Source: Octopus vulgaris (lineage: Eukaryota). From it: a stretch of 64,000 bases of DNA. A program made the position numbers and the translations under genes. Of the stretch, positions 15,603 to 29,578 are shown in pieces. The notes under the pieces are model-generated. The model worked only from the letters and a program-made list of their open reading frames with translations, was not told where the DNA came from and searched no databases. How positions within the stretch are numbered: the first letter of the stretch is position 1; each line of letters starts with the position of its first letter. The stretch lies in assembly GCA_951406725.2 (NCBI GenBank), contig OX597832.1, forward strand, positions 38,254,001 through 38,318,000. The letters are read 5' to 3'.

Positions 15603-15830
15603 AAGGCGGTCAGCTGGCAAAATCATTGCTGCTCCGGAAAAAATGCATTTTGACATTTCTTCCAACTTTACGTTCCCAGTTCAAATACCACCGAGGCCGA
15701 CTTTGCCTTTCATCCTTTCGGGGTCGATAAATTAAGTACCAGTGAAGTACTGGTTTCGATGTGACCGATTGTTCCCCTCATCACGAAAGTCCCCAGCCTT
15801 GAGTCTGTAGTAGAAATTGATTACTATTAT
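15603..15830 (+). mobile_element. SINE family A, second tandem copy
   Basis: ggcggtcagctggcaaaatc...gactttgcctttcatcctttcggggtcgataaattaagtaccag. Confidence 0.85.
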
Positions 15831-15835
15831 TATTG

Positions 15836-16480
15836 TTGCCTTTGCACAGCTTCTAACGCTGGAGATGTACTACAGTGTCAGCTGTTCACTACCAAAGAAC
15901 TAAGGTAACACCTCTTATGTTTCGAGCACCTTCCGGAGTATTCGAGCGGTTCCAAGCAGTGCTGTTTACTGCAAGTGCCACACCCTTATTGCAGTTCCTA
16001 TTTGTTCTAAGTACTTCTCGGAATTGTTGCTCACTGTTCCCAGGGTTCCGACAATTATTGTTACTACTGCTACCTTTTTCATCGACCACAACTGGTTAAC
16101 TTGCCGAGCTAACCTATCATATCTCTCGAATTTTCTTTCTTCCTTATCGCATACCTTGTTATCAGCTGGGCATGCTATGTCTATAATCCAGCATAGTTTG
16201 TTTTCTTTCTCAATTAACACTATGTTTGGTTTCCTATTCTCCATCTCATGGTCGCACTGAATCATAAAATACCATAGGATCTTTGCATTTTTATTTTCAA
16301 CAATGCCTTCAGGTTTGTGGTCGTACCAATTTTTTGCTCTGTCAAGTCCATACTTGTTGCAAAGTGTCCAATGGATAAGCCTGGCTATATTGTCTCTTAT
16401 ATTCCTTCTGGGCTAGTGGCGTACATTGGCGGGTAATATGCCATACGGTTTCACCGCTCTGTCCGCAGATTCTGCTCTTT
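15836..16480 (-). mobile_element. R4/Dong-clade non-LTR retrotransposon 3' remnant (CCHC knuckle and restriction-like endonuclease)
   Basis: Minus translation CRICGQSGETVWHITRQC, RKPNIVLIEKENKLCWIIDIACPAD...KEERK..RY..L...LW, then TALLGTARILRKVL; contains a stop; ends at an (AAT)n-like tract. Confidence 0.85.
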
Positions 16481-16496
16481 CTGATATGTTGTCTAT

Positions 16497-16729
16497 TACT
16501 CTTTACTCTTTTACTCTTTTACTTGTTTCAGTCATTTGGCTGCGGCCATGCTAGAGCACCGCCTTTTAGTCGAGCAAATCGACCCCAGGACTTATTCTTT
16601 GTAAGCCCAGTACTTATTCTATCGGTCTCTTTTGCCGAACCGCAAAGTGACGGGGACGTAAACACACCAGCATCGGTTGTCAAGCAATGCTAGAGGGACA
16701 AATACAGATACACAAACACATACACACAC

Positions 16730-16776
<47 letters not shown>

Positions 16777-16886
16777 GACAGGCTTCTTCAGTTTCAGACA
16801 TTTGCCCAAGATGCCACGCAGTGGGACTGAACCCGCAACCATGTGGTGGTTAGCAAGCTACTTACCACACAGCCACTCCTGCGCCT
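16497..16886 (-). mobile_element. SINE family B with internal deletion
   Basis: Reverse complement of 14037-14484, lacking part of the segment after the CORE-like motif. Confidence 0.88.
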
Positions 16887-17339
16887 ATTCTGTATTTTTT
16901 TTTTTTTTTTACATCGAATGGCTAAGGGGTCTACTAGAATAAAATAGTAAACAAAAGGGTCCATAGAGAAAAAAATGGTTGAAAATCCCAGGAGTTGAAC
17001 CACTGAATTATGAATAATGGCGGTTAGTGGACAAAACAGATTTCGCTCAGAGAACAAAATGGCTATGGATGGACCATATTCGATGCAGGACGGTGGACAA
17101 AATGTCTTGGAATAGTATTTCATTGCGTAACTTCATTATATATTGTGTCGGAATCCAATTGATGAAGGATTTACATTTCATGTGACTCGGTTCAATAAAA
17201 TAAGAATAATTTAAGTGCAAAGGTTGAGTAAATACACTAAAACACTTCTCCGAAAGATATGTTTCCACGCCTTGCTTTTTGTAATCATTATTATTATATA
17301 GCAGCAAAAACAACAACAATATTATTGTTACTACTCCTC

Positions 17340-17373
<34 letters not shown>

Positions 17374-17483
17374 AAACAATAATAATAATAATAATGATAA
17401 TAATAATTATAATTATAATAATAAGAAGAAGAATTGTAGTAACAACAACAACAACAATAATAATAATGATAATAATAATAATG

Positions 17484-17520
<37 letters not shown>

Positions 17521-17560
17521 TAATAATAATAATGATAATAATACTAATAATGATAATACA
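17340..17560. repeat. (CTA)n/(AAT)n/(AAC)n microsatellite
   Basis: Direct reading. Confidence 0.95.
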
Positions 17561-17919
17561 TAAACTTATATCGGTTAGTATTATGGTAGTGGTGGTAAGG
17601 ATGGCTTTTGGGACGATGGAGCTATGAACACTGGTTTCCTTGGTACGCTGATAAATTGATTGCAGTATGATATGTGTGAGTGTGTATACATGTATATATA
17701 TACATGTCGTGTGTGTGAGGGTGTGTTTATGAGTGAGAGAGAGAGAGTGTGTGTGTGTGTGTGTGACACCATTTTTTCTGTTTCTCGGTTGGAATCGGTT
17801 CCGTTAGTGCTGTAAATCTCTTGGGTGAAGACATGAACGCCAAACCTCTCAGACTATATAATACTTTGGATTGTGGGGGTGTGGTGTTTATGTTGCTCTG
17901 GCTTAAAATTAAATTAGGC

Positions 17920-17959
<40 letters not shown>

Positions 17960-18055
17960 GGCAGCAGCATCAGCAACAGCGTCACCATTGTCATCATCCT
18001 TACAACCATCATCCTTATCCCAACACCTCTACATCATCATAACCATCATCAGCAC

Positions 18056-18120
<65 letters not shown>

Positions 18121-18319
18121 ATATCGTTATTGTCACCAGCATCACCGTCGTTGACAAAACGGCTATCACCACCGCAATCCACTTCGTTTTCCACATCTTC
18201 CGCATCATCATCGTCATCATCAACAACAACACTGATTATGTCGGGACTAGTTGCACTACATCAGCCAAGCACGTGAATCTCCTGGTAAAACTGTCCGCCT
18301 ATTTGTGTGTGCTCACATT

Positions 18320-18591
18320 GTTACGGGGACGTAAACACACCGGCATCGGTTGTCAAGCGATGTTGGGGGGACAAACACAGACATACAAACATATTCACAC
18401 ACACACACACACATACATATATACATATATATATTTATATACGACAGTCTTCTTTCAGTTTCCGTCTACAAAATCCACCCACAAGGCATTGGTCGGCCGG
18501 AGGCTATAGTAGAAGACACTTGCCCAAGGTGCCACGCAGTGGGACCGAACCCGGAACCATGTGGTTCGTAAGCAAGCTAGTTACCACACAG
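18320..18591 (-). mobile_element. SINE family B, partial
   Basis: agaagacacttgcccaaggtgccacgcagtgggaccgaacccggaaccatgtggtt. Confidence 0.85.
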
Positions 18592-18790
18592 GGAGAGTTT
18601 ACGAAAAAAAAAAAAGACGAAGACAGGTGGTGTACAAAACAAACAGATGTATTAGTATAATGCTCAGGGATAGAAAAAAGTCTTTTACGTTTCGAGCCTA
18701 CGCTCTTCTACAGAAAGGGACACACAAAAAAACAAGGAGAGAATCAAGGAGAGAAAAAATGTGTGTAGTGACTAACGATCAATCATGGCG
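18591..18790 (-). mobile_element. Penelope-like terminal-repeat fragment with hammerhead-like motif
   Basis: Minus strand cttt-CTGTAGA-A-gagc-gtag-gctc-GAAA-cg-TA-aaag (18680-18718); homologous to 29965-30170. Confidence 0.6.
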
Positions 18791-19277
18791 CACAGCCCTT
18801 ATACGGGATATATGTTATAATATGTCATAACACAAAATAAGTGTGACACTCAATAGGTCTGTACATCACTAGAAGACGAAGTGGTAGGACTATTATTGAA
18901 CATTCGGCAGTAATATCAGAAAGTAATAACTAACGTCTATCACTGCAACTCACAGGAGATGGAAACGTAGGTGGCCTTGCTGACTATGTTTGCAAAAGAG
19001 GCGGTTGAACGATTTAGAAAATCAATTAGACTCCAAACAACTCAAGTAGAAACCTAAGATTGGTGGAGAATGAACATACTAACATACTTACATGGTTCCT
19101 TATGCTGTATATAAAACATAAAGTCATGCTTTTATGCAGCTGATTCGTCCACGGACTTCTTGCTTTGAATATACATGTATGCACATTGGTGGTTTTCAGT
19201 CAGCCACGTTTTCAGATTTAAGACCTACACACACACATACACACGCATCCGCGCGCGCTGGTGTGTATGTATGTATG

Positions 19278-19308
<31 letters not shown>

Positions 19309-20227
19309 CTATCTATCTATCTTTGTATCTATTTATATATATACACACACACACATATATACATGCATACACACGCATTCACAAACACACACACACTATA
19401 ATGTTCGTACATATATGTGTATACATTTAAAAGGACAATAAGAGTATTAAAGAAATGTGGGAGGAAGGCCAGAGGAGAACGATGGAAAGAGAGATAAATA
19501 GATAGGGAGTAAGAGAGATAGAATGAGAGAGAGAGAAATAGAGAAGGAGAGAGAGGGGGGGAGAGAGGGAGAGAGAGAGAGAGAACTTATTAAGCATCTA
19601 TACACATACAGAGAGCCAGTATTCTATAAATGGTAAACTCTACACAAATAGAAATAATTTTCATTTAGCTTAGCTCACATTCTTGGCTGATCAAGCCCCC
19701 TTCATCGGAAATAAGTTTCTAGTTGTCTTAAAATTTCTTAAGAATCTTATTGCTAACATTCTTAGACCCCTAGCTCGCTAGCTAGCCATCTGTATATTAA
19801 TTCAATCTTTTTTCTTAATATGAGAGAACCGCCTTATATTTCTTTTCCCAGCTCACTTCATTGCCTTTTTTTTTCTTCATATGTCTCTCCGCTATTATGA
19901 ATGTTTTCTTCTCTCGTCGGTATCCTATCTACATTTCATTTAATTCTCCCACCCTTCGTCTACTTTCACTTTCGGATTCCAAGTTTCTCTTTCGCTTTTC
20001 TTGAAAATTAATCTCCATTATTGCGCCAATTTCTTTCTCCTTCTTACTTTTCCTATTTTTTATCTATCTTTCTGTTTGTATCTATATATAGATCCACATT
20101 CTCCCTCTCCAGCTCTTTACATTGTTTATCTACCTACTACGTGCTTCTCTGTATATTTCTCCGTCTATCCATTTATTTACTCTATTCTTAAATATTTAGA
20201 TTTGTTTCTTTATATTTCATATTAATG

Positions 20228-20267
<40 letters not shown>

Positions 20268-20327
20268 GATCTATCTCTCATTCTCTCTGTCTCTTTCTCA
20301 CTCTCTCTGTTCTCTCTATCTCTCTTC

Positions 20328-20366
<39 letters not shown>

Positions 20367-20429
20367 AAGAGATAGCTAGGTATACAGACAGACATACACT
20401 CACACAGACAGACAGATATATATATATAT

Positions 20430-21683
20430 GCCAAAACTATTATCGATAATTTAGTTTAAAATATTTCTTTAAGACTATCAAAATTATCTGCTAATGTCAA
20501 CATCCTTAACCAAAAAGCGGAATTTTATAATGTCGCCTTATTTTATAATGATTTCAGCTCTAACAACGTCGACACCACTATACTTAAGAAAAATAATTTA
20601 CGGACCAGGGGAGGCAATCGGCAACCAACCACAATTTTCCAGCACAGAAATATTCCCTTTAATGTAAATGGTAACACTCTGAACAATTCTAAGTCCACAA
20701 AAAACTATATCTGGTTTGTCAATCCTTTCGGAAAACAAATCAAGTCAAACCTTCCTTTAGAGTTCCGTGAAGCCGTAGCTAGGAACTTTCCCAGGAATTC
20801 TAGGTATTACTCTACTATCAATTCGCATAAGGTAAGGATTGCATTCTCTAACACTAGAAATCTATCGCAAATTATTGCCTCCCATAATAACAAGCTGCTA
20901 AATAAGGATTCTTCACCCGGGAGTTACGACACTGCTCTTACCAATTCCAACCAAACATACAATAATAATAATAACAGAAATAGTATTGATAATAGCAACA
21001 TTCATAGCAGCGTTGGCATTAACAATGGTAATATTAATAATGATATTAGTCAGATTATCAGCAGTGGTAGTGTTAGTGGTAACAACAACAGCATTTCTAA
21101 TAACAGTGGTAGTATTGATGATAACAACCCCAGCATTTCTATAGAGAGGGATATTGCCGGCGATAGTACAAATAATAATAATAACAATAATAGGAATAGT
21201 ATAGTGGTCAGTGCTAGCAATAATATTAACAGCAATCATAACAATATAAAGTCCGTCTTAGTCTCGGAGGTAAACCCTAACAGATTAAAGTTCTTGTCCA
21301 GCAATTCCAAAATTAGAAATTCCATTTACCAGTGTAAAATTTCTTCCGGTACCGGTGTCTTCTTCTACATTGGGGTGACTACTTCTAAATTATCCCAGAG
21401 AATTTCCAATCATTATTCAACTTTCCGAGATTAGAGAAAACAACAAAGCACAGGACTACGTAAATTAGTTTGGCGCCTTGAGGACAGCAATATAACTTTC
21501 AAGCTGGATTGGTCCATATTGTCTGTATCCTTTCCGTTTGATAAGGGCAGAAAATTTTGTGGCGTCTGTAATTCCGAACTTTTCCATATACTTTTCGCCA
21601 AATTCCCTTTGGTAAACACAATGGTAGAAAAATCCTATAGGTGCATGCACTGGCAGAAACACACCTTCCACTCATTTGAATAA
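20430..21683 (+). pseudogene. PLE RT thumb plus GIY-YIG endonuclease frame, with in-frame stops at 20457 (TAA) and 21432 (TAG)
   Basis: Frame open 20460-21431 without an ATG; resumes after TAG as STGLRKLVWRLE...LDWSIL...FCGVCNSE...LVN...RCMHWQKH, stop at 21681-21683. Confidence 0.85.
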
Positions 21684-22219
21684 TGATTAATATAGATAAC
21701 CTCTTTGAATTTAATAATTTGGTTCCACTTCTACAACACCACCATAGACAAATTTTTATACTCCGTTTCATGAAGGACTACTACTAAATTCGTTGGAGTA
21801 TGTTTTGCCTTTGTCTCTCTACCTCTTCCCTTCTCTCTATCTTAAGCACAATCAAACACACAGACACAAACCTGTCACTTCACCACTAGTTGTATTTGGC
21901 ATCTATCCCCCCACACACACAATCACGCACACACATAGACACGAATGCAGTTATATACATACACACACATAGGCACTCAATCTCATAAGCATAAGCAAAC
22001 AACAACACATCACCATACATACGACTTGCACCCTGTCACCTTCCTATTCTTAGATCTCTCCCCTTACAACCTTTTTTGAACTTTCTAGAATCTTCTCCAT
22101 TCAACCAATTTTGACGTCACTGCTTATAACGGAATATTTTAAAGAAACACTCATTATCACTATGGACTCCGTGTGGGCAGTCATCTAAAAGTTTTTGTTC
22201 GTCATGATGCTGACATAAG

Positions 22220-22319
22220 TTCCTTGTCTTTCCTGATGAGAACGCGGCATAATGCACCCCTCATTCCTTCGGAATTAGGAATATGCAGTCTTCGAAACAT
22301 ATGTCGAGAATAAAGGAAT
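22220..22319 (+). ncRNA. Type I hammerhead ribozyme with extended stem II in the PLE 3' region
   Basis: CTGATGA 22233-22239; GAAA 22294-22297; palindromic stem III ACATATGT; GTC cleavage triplet ending at 22305; flanks ttcctt...tttc / gaga...aaggaa can form stem I. Confidence 0.7.
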
Positions 22320-22505
22320 TTTGTTAAATCGTCGTTCGACTCCAATCTTTCATTTATTTATAGTAAAAAAAAACACACAAATTTCCACACGAAAGTACGT
22401 GATCTCTGCCCTCGGCATGTAGCTTCAACCGTGTTTTCTGACGTGAATTTGCTACCCAGGTATCGGTTAACCGAATTATCCATACTAGGATAATTCATTC
22501 AACTA

Positions 22506-22547
<42 letters not shown>

Positions 22548-22700
22548 TACGACGGGTTTCTTTCAGTTTCACTCACAAGGCTTTGGTTTGGCCCGAGGTT
22601 ATAGTAGAAGACACTTGCCCATGGTGCCACTCAGTGGGACTGAAACCGAAATCATGTGGTTGGTAAGCAAGCTACTTACCACACAGCCACTCCTATGCCT
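22548..22700 (-). mobile_element. SINE family B, 5' portion
   Basis: gaagacacttgcccatggtgccactcagtgggactgaa...aagctacttaccacacagccactcct. Confidence 0.85.
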
Positions 22701-23241
22701 ATATTAATAAATATTCAATAGTCGATCTGGAAAGCAAAAGAAGAGGCTGGCTAACACGCACTTTACATATAAAATCTGTAAGTGGAACAACAACAATATG
22801 CAAAACTAACCTAACGTTCAGTACGTAACAATAATTTTTGCTGTTCTAAATTCCAGTGCGGGAGAATTTGTTGGTTTGTTAGAAACCAGTTCCCTTTCCG
22901 CCCGTAAGATCTCAAATATATATATAACGAAAGTAAACACACACAAAAACACTGTGTGTGTACGGATGGATACGCAGGATTAGGAGTCACACGAATCCCA
23001 CATACGAAGTCTTACTTCGTCTAAAAGAAAGTATATGCCATTTAAAGAGCTCTGCCAACATTCACAAAGGTGACTTAAGTGGGGGTACAGCATAAGCCTT
23101 AAGTGAAGAAATAGAACGGAAGGAAGAAATCTCTGACACAAAGTCTAGAAAAGATATACGTGGATTTCCTAGCTCACGGTCCCTTTATATATATATATAC
23201 ATGTATGTATGTACGTATGTATGTAGGTATGTATGTAAGTA

Positions 23242-23332
<91 letters not shown>

Positions 23333-23516
23333 CATACATACATATACATGTGCAAATATTTCTAAACACTCACACACACATATATGTGTGTATATGTATA
23401 TCTACATGTATACCTACAAAAATACAATAAATATTTGAGTTTAAATCTACTTATTACAACCAGTCACTATCTATAAGATATTATATCTATCTATCTATCT
23501 ATCTATCTCCGTTTCT

Positions 23517-23652
<136 letters not shown>

Positions 23653-24002
23653 ACATGTCTCCGTTTCTATTATAAGCCTGCGTGAGAATGTCTTTAAATG
23701 CTTACATAAATACAGACACGCAAGCAACATACACATCTGCGGACATAAATACATATATATATATATATGAAATACTTGCAAGTATGCACAAATACATATG
23801 CATATAAAACCACACGCATGTATACACATATATACATAAGTATTACGTGCATACAGTTATAGTCATACACACACACACGTGTGTGTAAGTACATATATAT
23901 TAAATGTATGTGTATACATATATGTCTGTATGCGCGTATATGTATATCTTTATATCTATATATCTATATATACATACATGTATAAATTCATATATGCATG
24001 TG

Positions 24003-24040
<38 letters not shown>

Positions 24041-24079
24041 CGCATACATATACACCCACACATACACATACACATATAC

Positions 24080-24265
24080 ATACATACATGCGTGCATACG
24101 TACATACATACACACATACATACATACATACACACATACATACATACATACATACACACATACATACATACATACATACATACATACATACACACATACA
24201 TACATACATACATACATACATACATACATACATACATACATACATACATACATACATACATGCAT
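24080..24265. repeat. (TACA)n tetranucleotide microsatellite
   Basis: Direct reading. Confidence 0.95.
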
Positions 24266-25490
24266 ACACACTTATAGATACATACATGCCGCTTGTGACT
24301 TCCCTTTCTTACAAGATCTTACAATTACGAAAGGTTCGCCTTACTAGACAATAGAGCCTATCAGCTTTATCAAACCAGTATTCAAGGTATTTCTTTTCAG
24401 AGCGGATTGTTCTTGACGACAGATTAACATAAAAACTCTAATGAACGAAGATGTTTCCGTTGCGAGCTCTTGCAAGCTGTCCAGCTGTTTTGCTTTGGTG
24501 AACATCACGAAATTAACCGTGGTTTTGTTAGCTGGAGTCAAGAACCGTTGACTTCATTGGTCAATATCCAATATCCCCAGGTCTGTATACGTGTATCTGT
24601 GTGTGTCTCTCTATGTGCGTGTGTAAGTGTGTATGTGTGTTTGTGTAGGCATCTGTGTTTCTATGCGTGCGTGGTGTATGCAGCATTTGTAATATCGTAG
24701 TAGGTGGTTTGGTAGGATGAGAGATGTATATACTTAGTTACTAATACAAAGTCAAGCCTGTGTATATATAACTTGTCTGATAATGTTCGTTGCTGTATTG
24801 TTGTTGTGGCTTGTGTTGGCGCTGGTGAAGCTGACATTGTTTTTCATGAGCGATGTCGGTGAAGGATGTGTTGGTGCTAGTATTGTTAGTGGTAGTAGTT
24901 GTTGGTGATGGTGTTTGCATTAGTTTTGTTACAGGTAGGGTTGCTATGATGGCGTTGGTGGTGTGGTAAAAGTCAGCCCTAAAAAAAAAAAAGCTACACC
25001 AGGCTCTTTTTTTTTTTCAAATTTCTTTCATTTCTATATTGAGAGAGGTTGGAGATGTGTGAGAGGAGGAGATTCCGTGCCTAAGTTAATGTCTGAGAGT
25101 AGTGATATAATAGAATGCGGATGGACAAGAGGAATGGAAGCGATATGGCTATGGAATGGAACTTTAGAATTCAGGATATTGGTACCGACATAGTTAAACT
25201 GCGTGTTTTCATATTCTAAGGGGAGAAAGCTTAGAAGAAAAAGAACAAATAATTGGATAAAAACGAACGAAACACACGGATTCCACAATTTAAGTCAATC
25301 ATACTACGAAAAGGACAACATCCTCTTATACATACACATAGATACCTTGATATATATATGTATATATATGTGTGTGTGTATGTGTGTGTGCATGTGTGTG
25401 TGTATATATATATATATACATAAATACATATACACATGCATACATACATATATATGTGGATATATATATATATGTATATATGTATATATT

Positions 25491-25524
<34 letters not shown>

Positions 25525-25685
25525 AATAAACACGTACATATACATTATATATATATGAATTAATATGTATGTATATATCTATACACACATACATATACAT
25601 ATATATGTATACGTATGCATAGATATATATATACATACATACATATACATATATGAATGAATATGTATGTTACATATATACATAT

Positions 25686-26135
25686 TACTCTTTTACTCTT
25701 TTATACGTTTCACTCATTTAACAGTGACCATGCTGGAGCACTGCCTATAGTCGAACAAATCGCTCCCAGGACTTAGTCTTTGTAAGCCTAGTACTTATTC
25801 TATCGTTCCCTTTTGCCGAACCACTAAGTTTCGGGAACATAAACGCACCAACATCGGTTGTCAAGTGATGGTGGTGGTGGGGGGACAAAAACAGATATAA
25901 TGACACACACACATATAAATATATATACATATGCACACACACACGCACACACACACACACACATATATACACATACACACGACAAACTTTCAGTTTCTAC
26001 CAAATCCACTCACAGGGCTTTGGTCGGCTCGAGGCTATAGTAGAAGACACTCGGCCAAGGTGACACGTAGTGGGACTGAACCTGGAACCATGTGGTTGAG
26101 AAGGAAGTTTCTTAACACACAGCTCCGCCTGCGCT
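25686..26135 (-). mobile_element. SINE family B, full length, diverged
   Basis: Colinear with the reverse complement of 14037-14484. Confidence 0.85.
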
Positions 26136-26232
26136 TATATACATATAGTAAGGAAAGTGAGGGAGAGAATTTCGAAAAAATATTATGCATAAAATAAAGG
26201 AAGGAAAATGCTGTTTACATAGTTTTAATGGA

Positions 26233-26582
26233 TTTGAAATGGAAGAGTATTGTGGTTGTCGACAAGCTTTGCTTTCGCTAATTGAAATTATTGTAATTCC
26301 GTATTTTCTTAAGAAGATTTTAGTCCATATTCTTGTAGAAAAGTTTGTGATGAATCAACAAGTAGAAAAATCTAAGTGTAGGTAATTGCTGATAGTTATT
26401 ACCCAAGTAAAAACTATCGCCAGTTACCTACCCTTAGATTTTTCTATTTGTTGATTCATTCTCACACTTTCATACAAGAATATGAACTAGAAATCTTCTT
26501 TAAAAAATCGGAATTACAATGATTTCAATGTCATGATTAATGAAAGAGAAACCGGTCGAGATCCACAATACTTCATTTAAAA
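26233..26582. mobile_element. Long imperfect palindrome (MITE/fold-back), arms about 170 bp
   Basis: gatgaatcaacaagtagaaaaatctaagtgtaggtaa / ttacctacccttagatttttctatttgttgattcatt; agtattgtgg / ccacaatact; centre near 26404. Confidence 0.75.
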
Positions 26583-26681
26583 TATACTAAATTATGTAAA
26601 CTGTGTGCATTTTACTTCTTTTCTTCTCTATGTGTGTGTATACACACATACACACACACACACACACATTTATGGGATGAC

Positions 26682-26753
<72 letters not shown>

Positions 26754-27359
26754 CATGTATGAAGCAATAGCCTAAAGGTAGGAAAATGGGATATATATAT
26801 ATCAATATATGTACGTACATAAATACATACATTCATACATGCATGCATACACACATACATACACACATGCATACATACGTACATACATATTGCTCGTTCA
26901 ATTTATCGTAACCGACTGAGTTAATCTATCACTAACGATCCGATAATGATTACTGGAAACAGCGTGAAGTCGAATGTAATGCAATAAAGAAAATTATACA
27001 ACGACCATCATTTACGCCTTGTCTCTTATATCACCGTGTAAAACCTGTATAGAATGGAGAGGAACTCTCACCTCGGACCCTGACACCAGAATACGGAGAG
27101 TTCTTTACTAATCTCAACAATATTGTTAGCCTGGAGTAGTAACAGTTAGCTTATAAGGTATTTTGTCCGGATCGACAATTCTTCACTAGTAACAAACACA
27201 CACACACATACGCACGCACACACACACACACTCACACACACACGCTCCTACGCACATACACACAGACACACTGTAGTATATAAAATAAAAGTAAATCATT
27301 CTGATCGAAAGAATCAATTATTAATATTACTGTGCATTAATATTACTATATTACTATAT

Positions 27360-27430
27360 AGGTGCAGGCGTGACTGTGTGGTAAGTAGCTTGCTTACCAG
27401 CCACATGGTTCCGGGTTCAGTCCCAATGCA
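27360..27430 (+). mobile_element. SINE family B, tRNA-like head only
   Basis: gtgtggtaagtagcttgcttaccagccacatggttccgggttcagtccca. Confidence 0.8.
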
Positions 27431-27442
27431 TGACATAATATC

Positions 27443-27500
<58 letters not shown>

Positions 27501-27505
27501 GTCTG

Positions 27506-27550
<45 letters not shown>

Positions 27551-28807
27551 ATACACATATATATATATAAATGGGTTGATATATGTGTGTATACACACAC
27601 ATATACATACACACACACATATATATATATATGTGCTACAATATATATATGTATATATTAATTGATAGACTTGCATGCATATATGCATAGACGTAGACAA
27701 CTAGATAGATTGATAGATGTATATACATAAATATGTGTATATATATACATATCTATTGATATACAATATATTTTTATATATCAAATATAACATGTATTAT
27801 ATATATATATTATACAAATATAATATTTAATTTATATATATACATATGTCTATCAGTGTTTATCTAAGTATGCATGTATGTATGTATGTATGTGCTTGTG
27901 TGTACGTGCTTGTGTATGTGTGTTGATATATCAGATCCTCCCGAAGTATAAGTACTTAGTAGAACCAATATCGTAAGCTTTAGGCTAAAGAAACAAGACC
28001 CCCGCTCCGTCTGAATACAACACGTGCGGAAAATACACAGACTCCACATTAAATAGTCTACGCTTACCATTAATTATTATTACGACTATCATTATTATTA
28101 CTGTTGTTGTCGTTATTATTACTATTATTAGTATTAGTATTATTATTATTGTTGTTGCTGTTGTTATTAGTATTGTTATTATTGTTATTAGTGCATTTAA
28201 AAGTAGAGAACGACTAAGAGTAAAAGAAACACAAAATAAATAGTTACTAGAAAATGAAAGAAAATAAGCCTGTTATTATTAAGTAATGTAATAAATGAAT
28301 TAGTTAAACGGAGTTAAGTATAAAGGAGATAGACAGACAGACAGACAGACAGCCAAACAGATAGATAGATAGAGAGAGAGAGAGAAAGGGGGAAAGTGAG
28401 AGAAAGACAGACAGAGAGAGGGTACTATTTGTTGGTTAATATCTAGTTGTCGCCTCAGCAATTATCGCATTCACATATTAGTAAATGTAATTACAGGTAT
28501 CAATGTTCAGGAATGTTGAGTAGCAGACAACGGAATCGACCTTTTTTTTTATTCTTCTAACTACAGCGTGAATGTATAAATACACTGTTGTGGAATTGGA
28601 TGATATCACTGGTTGTATCTTGTGCCTGCTTGGTAAGCATTTGACCTTCCAATCACACCACACCACACCACTCCACATTGTTCAGTCCCGGGTTCAGTCC
28701 TACCTCGGTCAAAATATCTTTTACTACAGCTCCGGGCTTACAAAGCCTTATGAGTGAATTTCTCAGCTGGAAACTAAAACGTTCTACCACTGAAGCATAG
28801 ATGCTTC

Positions 28808-29578
<771 letters not shown>

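Larger units (their letters stand above)
20430..22508 (+). mobile_element. 5'-truncated Penelope-like retroelement, Naiad/Chlamys type
   Basis: One reading frame gives the RT thumb (NISLRLSKLSAN...FYNVAL; NYIWFVNPFGKQIKSN...VARNFP...HKVRIAFSNTRNLSQIIASHNNKLL) and GIY-YIG (SIYQCK...FYIGVT...RISNHYSTF); 3' UTR with hammerhead; (TA)n on both flanks. Confidence 0.85.

Noticed and set aside
18830-19100. Possible plus-strand R4-type fragment (RLYITRRRSGR-like)
   Set aside because: Only one short degenerate motif; too weak to list as a feature.
21432-21434. In-frame stop in the PLE as possible selenocysteine recoding (reported for some Naiads)
   Set aside because: The codon is TAG and the other internal stop is TAA, not TGA; most simply inactivating mutations.
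24344-24580. Unique island with a 65-aa minus-strand ORF and a plus-strand acceptor-like site
   Set aside because: All plus frames close shortly after the acceptor; no recognisable motif or exon boundaries on the minus strand.
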